Assembly: GCA_963845065.1 (NCBI GenBank)
Contig: CAWJQQ010000001.1
Coordinates: 1,184,001-1,248,000, forward strand
Reading direction: 5' to 3'
Source: Nitrospirota bacterium
GTDB taxonomy: Bacteria; Nitrospirota; UBA9217
DNA length: 64,000 bases
Part shown: one piece after another, positions 58,002-64,000 of the stretch
Numbering within the stretch: the stretch's first letter is position 1
How the letters are laid out: the number at the start of each line of letters is the position of its first letter
Program-made: the position numbers and the translations under genes
The notes under the pieces: generated by a model
Seen by the model: only the letters and a program-made list of their open reading frames with translations
The model's database searches: none
Told to the model about the DNA's origin: nothing

Positions 58002-58608
58002 TCATCGGTTGGGTGAAAGGGGCATTGCACTGGTGATGGCACTGTTGATTACTGCAATCATCGGTTTGATGGCAGCCGCTCTGTCCTACACCATTTCCTC
58101 CTACTTGAAAAATCTCGCTATGGTCAGGGAAAAAAACCAGGGTTATTATGCGGCGGTTGCCGGAAATGAAGAGGTACGAGACTACCTTTGGAATAATAGC
58201 TGCGCTCCACCTAGTTGGTGTGGCTTGTTGGGGGTGGTCACAAGCCCGACAAGCTCTGCTTACATACGACAAACGGCCAATATGCAATTTAATTTGGCTT
58301 TACCTTTGCAGACCACCGCTTCACAGAACGGCATCGGGTCAAAGACCGGTTATATGTGGAATTTCTATCTCAAGGACAATGATGATGGAGATGGTGATTA
58401 TACCAACGACAATGATGGAATTATCCTTGCCTCGGTAGTGGTGAATGACCCCAACAATAACACAACGACGACGGTAGAAGCGATGTTTATCTTCACTGCA
58501 AATAACAGCATCTACTCTCAACTTGGGGGAGGGCCTGCGAAAACAAACAATACGTCGCAAATCGGCTCCGGACAAAGCTCAGGCAATACGGTACAAACTA
58601 CAATGTGA
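57988..58608 (+). CDS. pilX: Type IV minor pilin, PilX-like
   Basis: ERG|IALVMALL (no Glu5, as in PilX) and YYAA.AG. Confidence 0.75.
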   Translation: MSDFNHRLGERGIALVMALLITAIIGLMAAALSYTISSYLKNLAMVREKNQGYYAAVAGNEEVRDYLWNNSCAPPSWCGLLGVVTSPTSSAYIRQTANMQFNLALPLQTTASQNGIGSKTGYMWNFYLKDNDDGDGDYTNDNDGIILASVVVNDPNNNTTTTVEAMFIFTANNSIYSQLGGGPAKTNNTSQIGSGQSSGNTVQTTM

Positions 58609-58676
58609 CAGATTTATTACTGTTAACGTATAGTGAAAGAATTATGGAAAGACATCGAGTACCTCGGAGGTGTGCA

Positions 58677-61600
58677 ATGCAAAATTATATGAAATATATT
58701 ATCTGTTTCATGATCATGCTGTGCTTCATATCCGGATCAACGCTTGCACATGCTGATACCACGACGTTCCCGGCAGGTTCCTATATTATCCCCCAGGACT
58801 ACTGCTGGCAGCCCAACACAGATCCAAAGATGATGAAGCAGCCTGCGGGCTGCGATCCGAACAAAAACGACCAGGGTATTTTCCAGGCCACCGGCCTTAT
58901 CTACGATATCTTGCAGGCAGGTTACCCTGTTTACTGGATTATTAGCCCGACCAAAACGACACTGATGGGCGTGGACGTGACCATCACAAGATCCGGCACT
59001 GCGCCTGCCGTTACCATCCAGCACAGCCTCATGCCCAACTCCGGCTCAGCATCGACGGTCCAGTATATAGGGGGCCCTTTTGTCATAGATGCCAACACCG
59101 TTGATGCCAATATGCTGGCTCTTTTCAATAAGTATCAGAACGTAAAGATTCATCAATCAAATTATGACTTTTCTGCTCAAGTGGATAAGGTGCTGAGCGG
59201 TATACCGCCGACCGTTGCGGTCCTTGGCGAGGGTTCAACTCAGATTCTTACGAATTATCTCTTTGCGTCAGGGCTAGCGAACGATCTGTATAGCATATTT
59301 CAATACGTCTCTGATGATGATATCGCGGGCGCACCGTACAGTTCGACCTATCCTAATGGTGCTCTCAGCAACTATCAGCTTCTTTGGGCGCCACACTGGC
59401 AGATCGATACGGACGGCATACCCTTGGCGGAAGAGCATGCCGTTATCAATAATATTTATAATTTTCTGACTGCGGGCAATGCGGGGTTTTTTGAATGCGC
59501 ATCCATCCAAACCCTCGAACGGTCGTATGACGATGGCGGCACTAAATGTCCTGGTACTACTGCGCCTAGTGGCGGCAATCCCAATAAACAATATGTCTGT
59601 CCCAATGAGGATCTTACAGGTACTGGCACTACGCCAAACTATCTTACGGGGCAGGGGCTTCTTACCAGCCCTACATACACCGGCATCTATGGCAGAATCG
59701 AGGAAAACGGGGGCAGTTTTCCTACGACAACGACAGCAGCAACGAATCTTCCTCTGGTCTTTGAACATGTCACCGATCCCCTTGCGCAGTGCGGTGGATG
59801 GTACTACGTCCCTGTCACCGGCCTCACCGAGGACGTACGTGCCAGCCAGCTGTACACTCCGAATTACACCTTTAACTCGACCCTTGAGCGGTATATCCAC
59901 GATCCCGATAACCAGACGCAAGCCGGGTATGCTCCCCAGGGATTCAATTATTATCTTGGCGGCAGGGTAAACGGCAGCCCCACGCAAGGGTTTATCGCAT
60001 ATCTCGGCGGCCATCAATACGCCGCATGTTCAAACGCCACCACCGCGACCCCTGTTTCAAGGAGTTTTGAGTTAGATTTCAATATACCGGGCTTAGTCTC
60101 CAATACCGTCGCGACCGTAGAAGCAGTCTACTCAGGCTGCATAGCCGGAAGCACCTGCCCAAAGGCAAGCTTCAACCTGCTTTCCATGACTGGAACGTAC
60201 AGCACGGACGGGACGGTGTATGTAGACATGGATTCCGTTCAATACAGCACCCTCTTCGCCTCTGACGGGGTCACCGTCGTAGGGTATGCTCTCACCAATG
60301 TCATTATAGGAAACTACAACATAAACAATAGCCAGAACATCAACGCTATCAATGTGACCTTTGACGGCAATCCTTCCACGACGCTTCTTACCAATCTGTG
60401 GGACACCTCCGACATGGTGAGTCCTCCAGATACGAAAGTTTGTTCTCCAAGCGAACCGACCACTGCTTCCTGCAATCCTCTCCAGTTAAAAGATTTTAAC
60501 TTTAATTTCAGCGCCAGTCTCGTAACTGGCACCACGGTAACCGTTGTGGCCGTATACGGTTCATGTACTCTTGGGACGACTGGCAACTGTCCGAAAGCTT
60601 CCTATACTATCGGCACGGGAGGGACGATCGGAACAGATGGGACAGTACAGATTGATATGTCGAACGCCACCTTCGCCAGTAACACGCTCCAGGGCGTTGC
60701 GATCAGTAACCGGAGCACATCGGCCACTCAAACGCTCAGTTACTTCAATATTTATTTTCCCGGAAACGGAGGAACAAACCTTACTACGGTACAGAATGTG
60801 ACATCGACTCCGACAACAGTCTGTACGTCGAATTCGGCATCTCCGGCGTCTTGTCCTCCGCAACTAGCTCCTACTATGACCTCTTCAGACAACGTATTCT
60901 ATTTTAATAAGAGTTTAACATCAGGTACGATAACCGTTGAAGCAAAATACAGCGGATGTAGCCACTCGGGTGGAACCTGTCCAATTGCGACTTATAATTT
61001 TTCAACAGGCAGTGGGACATTAGTATCAGACGGCAATGTCCAGATAGATATGACTCACGCAACATATGGCACTGTTTCCGGGAGTAATGTTCTCAGCACT
61101 GTACAGCTTACCGATTTGACAACAAGCCCTATCACTATTTCTGCTTTCTATGTCAGTTGGACGCAGTCTGTTACCAATGAGGGTTTGAAACAGATCGATT
61201 CGCCTGCTAGCACCGTCCTCTGGAGTTACGGTTCAGGTAATGGTAATGCCACTGATGCTAAAACAAGCGTTTCTGAGACCCTTGTCGCAGAAAGTGCTAG
61301 TCCCACCCTGGGCATTTCGCTTGCGAAGGCTCCACAGCCCCTGACAGAGCCCCTCGGCCAGGCTGTTAGCCAATGCAATATCCAATGGAATAACACGAAT
61401 ACCTGCGGGATGAAGTACGTTTTGAATACCCTTATCGGCCTTCAGTTCCAGCTTATACCCTATGAGTATGACAAAGCAGGAAGTTCGCAGGAGAATAACA
61501 CTCTCTACAAGGCCGACTTTGAATATCCGGGATACAAGGGGCATGTCTATTCCATCAACGTGCTGGACGATCCGGCCGTTAGGAATTGGGACGCCGGTTC

Positions 61601-63473
61601 ATCGAATGTCATGCCTCCCGCAGGGTCCCAAAGCCCTGCGACGCCGTCTAACATCAATAGCTCGCGGTATATTTTTACGACGTTAACCGGCACCAACATC
61701 GTTAGCTTTGATATTACGAATGTCGGCGCGACAAATACGGATACGACCAAGCTCTGGCACTATCTTGATCCCGCAGACGTCATGGCCGTGCCACAGGTAG
61801 AGGCGCTGATCAACTCGGCCAGGGGACGGGCTAACGCTTCTGCGACTAATATTGTTGGGACAATAGACATGAGCAAGCGGCTAGGCGGCATCGAGCATTC
61901 CACACCGGCTGTAATGATTGATAGCCCGCTGGTTTCAGCAGTCAATGAGGGCGTTTCAGTGGATACGCATGGGAATAAAATCGGTTGCAGGGATCAAGTG
62001 GTCTTTGTAGGGGCTGATGACGGGATGCTGCACGCTTTTTACGCCGGGTCAGGTACCTTGAGTGGGGGAAAGTGCGGATATACTAATGGAACGGGCAAAG
62101 AAATATGGGCGTACATCCCGTCGGGGCTCTTATCGTCACTTCAAAACGAAACATTTACGAACTGCAGCTCTGCAGCGACCACAACGTGTCCGGTCTTTAC
62201 AGTCGCAGTTTCCGTGGATGGCTCGCCGGCACTGGGTGATTTCTTCGTCTCTCCGGACGGCAAGTCGACTACCCAAAAGCAGTGGAGGACAATTCTCACG
62301 GGGACAGCCAAGATCATGACGCCAGGAAGCACCAATCAAGCCGTGAACCAGGGCATCGTCTTCGCTCTGGATGTGTCCAATCCATACAATCCGGAGGTGT
62401 TGTGGGAGAAGAGCTATCAAAATATAATCAGCGCTTCGACTAACACCGCCATTGTAAATTACTATCCATCGGGCGCGTTCCCATCAAGTTATATTAATAC
62501 GGAGCAAACTGTTACATTCGATCCGAACATGGGAAACGCTCAGAGCACGTCGATCGGGCGAGTGCAGGTCGGTACAACGCTTGACACCTATGTGTTTCTT
62601 ACATCACAATGGGTCCGACAGGTGGATGTTGGCACGCCGAGCGCGCCCGACCCGGTCTGGGGAATGAGCGTGTACGCTCTGGACTTTTTCTCAGGCAACC
62701 TGGTGTGGGAAACGAAAATACTGTATAATGGAACTCCTGCGGCGCCAGCCCAAGGAGTCAATGACACGCCCGCGGTACCGGCATTAATGGATTATTCCAA
62801 TTCTGGAACGTTTAATTATGTAATTGTCGGAGATATGCAGGGGAGGCTCTGGGTACTAAATGCTCTAAACGGCAAGGACTTTACAGTAAGTGGAGGGCCT
62901 GCTTTTGACGTGGGAGCCGGAGCACAGGAACCGATCGGTGTTGCGGCGGCTCTTTACGGGCATGACATCATATTCGGTACGGGTGGCAGGGACAGCCTGC
63001 AGGGAGAAAGCACTTACAACTATCACCTCTTCGCTATCAGCATTGATGACCAGGGAAATGTCACAGATCTTTGGAATCCTCCTTTTGCCCTGAATCCCGG
63101 AGAGAAGGTATGGAGTTCTCCGGTGATTGACGCGAACGGAGATGTCTATGTCGGCACCGCCAGCGGATTTACTGATGTGGGCGCCCCCAATACGGTAGTA
63201 TCAGGCAGCACAGGAAGGTTCCTGGTTCTGAGTTTAACAAATAGTAATGGGCAGTCCGCTGGTCAGCTGCTTAAGAATAGTTCGGGGCAAACCATCGCTC
63301 CGGTTAATCTGACTAGTGCCGTGTTGGGCAATCTTTCAGTAGCAAACGGTCACGTAACCCTGCAGCTCTTTAATGGAACAGTCATGCAAATGGGAGCGAG
63401 CGGTAGTTCGAGCTTTAACGTAAATCCAGAGCCGCAAAACCCAGTGAAGACGCTTTGGTGGAGGAAATTGTAG
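58677..63473 (+). CDS. pilY1: PilY1-like pilus tip adhesin (1598 aa)
   Basis: GGAGG RBS and Sec signal ending AHA; C-terminal propeller motifs LGGIEHSTP, VFVGADDGMLHAF, G.EIWAYIP, VDGSP, FALDVSNP, GDMQG.LW, FGTGG, L.PGEKV, WWR. Confidence 0.88.
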   Translation: MQNYMKYIICFMIMLCFISGSTLAHADTTTFPAGSYIIPQDYCWQPNTDPKMMKQPAGCDPNKNDQGIFQATGLIYDILQAGYPVYWIISPTKTTLMGVDVTITRSGTAPAVTIQHSLMPNSGSASTVQYIGGPFVIDANTVDANMLALFNKYQNVKIHQSNYDFSAQVDKVLSGIPPTVAVLGEGSTQILTNYLFASGLANDLYSIFQYVSDDDIAGAPYSSTYPNGALSNYQLLWAPHWQIDTDGIPLAEEHAVINNIYNFLTAGNAGFFECASIQTLERSYDDGGTKCPGTTAPSGGNPNKQYVCPNEDLTGTGTTPNYLTGQGLLTSPTYTGIYGRIEENGGSFPTTTTAATNLPLVFEHVTDPLAQCGGWYYVPVTGLTEDVRASQLYTPNYTFNSTLERYIHDPDNQTQAGYAPQGFNYYLGGRVNGSPTQGFIAYLGGHQYAACSNATTATPVSRSFELDFNIPGLVSNTVATVEAVYSGCIAGSTCPKASFNLLSMTGTYSTDGTVYVDMDSVQYSTLFASDGVTVVGYALTNVIIGNYNINNSQNINAINVTFDGNPSTTLLTNLWDTSDMVSPPDTKVCSPSEPTTASCNPLQLKDFNFNFSASLVTGTTVTVVAVYGSCTLGTTGNCPKASYTIGTGGTIGTDGTVQIDMSNATFASNTLQGVAISNRSTSATQTLSYFNIYFPGNGGTNLTTVQNVTSTPTTVCTSNSASPASCPPQLAPTMTSSDNVFYFNKSLTSGTITVEAKYSGCSHSGGTCPIATYNFSTGSGTLVSDGNVQIDMTHATYGTVSGSNVLSTVQLTDLTTSPITISAFYVSWTQSVTNEGLKQIDSPASTVLWSYGSGNGNATDAKTSVSETLVAESASPTLGISLAKAPQPLTEPLGQAVSQCNIQWNNTNTCGMKYVLNTLIGLQFQLIPYEYDKAGSSQENNTLYKADFEYPGYKGHVYSINVLDDPAVRNWDAGSSNVMPPAGSQSPATPSNINSSRYIFTTLTGTNIVSFDITNVGATNTDTTKLWHYLDPADVMAVPQVEALINSARGRANASATNIVGTIDMSKRLGGIEHSTPAVMIDSPLVSAVNEGVSVDTHGNKIGCRDQVVFVGADDGMLHAFYAGSGTLSGGKCGYTNGTGKEIWAYIPSGLLSSLQNETFTNCSSAATTTCPVFTVAVSVDGSPALGDFFVSPDGKSTTQKQWRTILTGTAKIMTPGSTNQAVNQGIVFALDVSNPYNPEVLWEKSYQNIISASTNTAIVNYYPSGAFPSSYINTEQTVTFDPNMGNAQSTSIGRVQVGTTLDTYVFLTSQWVRQVDVGTPSAPDPVWGMSVYALDFFSGNLVWETKILYNGTPAAPAQGVNDTPAVPALMDYSNSGTFNYVIVGDMQGRLWVLNALNGKDFTVSGGPAFDVGAGAQEPIGVAAALYGHDIIFGTGGRDSLQGESTYNYHLFAISIDDQGNVTDLWNPPFALNPGEKVWSSPVIDANGDVYVGTASGFTDVGAPNTVVSGSTGRFLVLSLTNSNGQSAGQLLKNSSGQTIAPVNLTSAVLGNLSVANGHVTLQLFNGTVMQMGASGSSSFNVNPEPQNPVKTLWWRKL

Positions 63474-63475
63474 TT

Positions 63476-64000
63476 ATGGCAAGAAACCCGGTTGATGCAG
63501 GTTTTACAATGCTGGAGCTGGTTGTCGTTATCGGGATAATAGCCGTTCTCATCGCAATCGCATTTCCGATATTAAAACCACTCTTATCGGGCGATACAGT
63601 GCAGCAAGCGGCTAAACAACTGGAAGCGGACCTCAAATCAGCGCAGACTGCTGCGATCCAGGCGGGTGGGGGTGATATGCAGAACGGCGTGCTGGTGCGG
63701 AAAAGCGTCTTTGTAGTTTTCAGCAGTACCACCTCATACCAAACCTACACATATGAGGACTTAAACGGAAATGGAATAAGGGAAACAGGTGAGGCTACAG
63801 CGGTTGGCAACAGCCCCACGGTGTTACCAAATTCCGTGACGTTCGGCGTAGCGCCAGGTGTAACGGCGAACGCATGCTGGAATACAGGTGCCGCAGCGAC
63901 TCTGACACAAGGAACTACCTTTGGAGTCAATGGCGGACCGCCCGGCGGTACTGTTCCGCCAGGCTGCGGTACGTCGCCATGTGTGGAATTAGATTCAAAT
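63476..64000 (+). CDS. FimU/FimT-like minor pilin, truncated by window edge
   Basis: MARNPVDAG|FTMLELVVVIGIIAVLIAIAFP...AAKQLEADLKSAQTAA; open to the window end; not in the ORF track. Confidence 0.82.
   Translation, partial: MARNPVDAGFTMLELVVVIGIIAVLIAIAFPILKPLLSGDTVQQAAKQLEADLKSAQTAAIQAGGGDMQNGVLVRKSVFVVFSSTTSYQTYTYEDLNGNGIRETGEATAVGNSPTVLPNSVTFGVAPGVTANACWNTGAAATLTQGTTFGVNGGPPGGTVPPGCGTSPCVELDSN

Noticed and set aside
59274..60017. 247-aa minus-strand ORF inside pilY1
   Set aside because: Antisense to a well-supported CDS; no motifs
1..64000. tRNA, rRNA, CRISPR arrays, transposases, integrases and defence systems
   Set aside because: None recognised by eye in the intergenic gaps or ORF track; no covariance search was possible

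Overview
A gene-dense 64 kb chromosomal segment from a diderm bacterium. Gene order and protein style suggest Nitrospirota or Desulfobacterota; this is inference, not a search result. From left to right: (1) the tail of an rpoN-type operon (hpf, ptsN, hprK, rapZ) running into a complete mannose-family PTS (EIIA, B, C, D, HPr, EI); (2) cobD-like aminotransferase, a small Zn-ribbon protein, alr, a minimal mlaEFD with a long MlaD ending in a probable beta-barrel, galU, lon and thiL; (3) an about 18 kb surface-glycan region with two GT-C-fold membrane proteins (one TMTC-like without TPRs), two polyprenol-P-sugar synthase-like GT2s, and a convergent operon of regulator, fcl, wzx, sugar C-methyltransferase, a GT-methyltransferase fusion and an atypical Gmd-like SDR; (4) a patatin-glpQ-glpD lipid catabolism cluster and a FlgT-like protein; (5) housekeeping genes pdxJ, acpS, nnr, CBS, tsaE, nadK, udg, mutS, rplI and dnaB, the last carrying a 422-aa LAGLIDADG intein; (6) three tandem TPR-like plus cNMP-binding modules in two genes, AmrB/MEMO1, and a sigma54-driven type IV pilus minor pilin operon (pilV, W, X, Y1, fimU-like) whose PilY1 has three novel Cys-containing repeats. 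I saw no rRNA, tRNA, CRISPR array or transposase. The best candidates for undescribed biology are the TPR-cNMP sensor array beside the pilus-tip operon, the GT-C/TMTC-like glycosylation module, the branched-sugar pathway and the PilY1 repeat domain. All product calls come from motif recognition without database searches.
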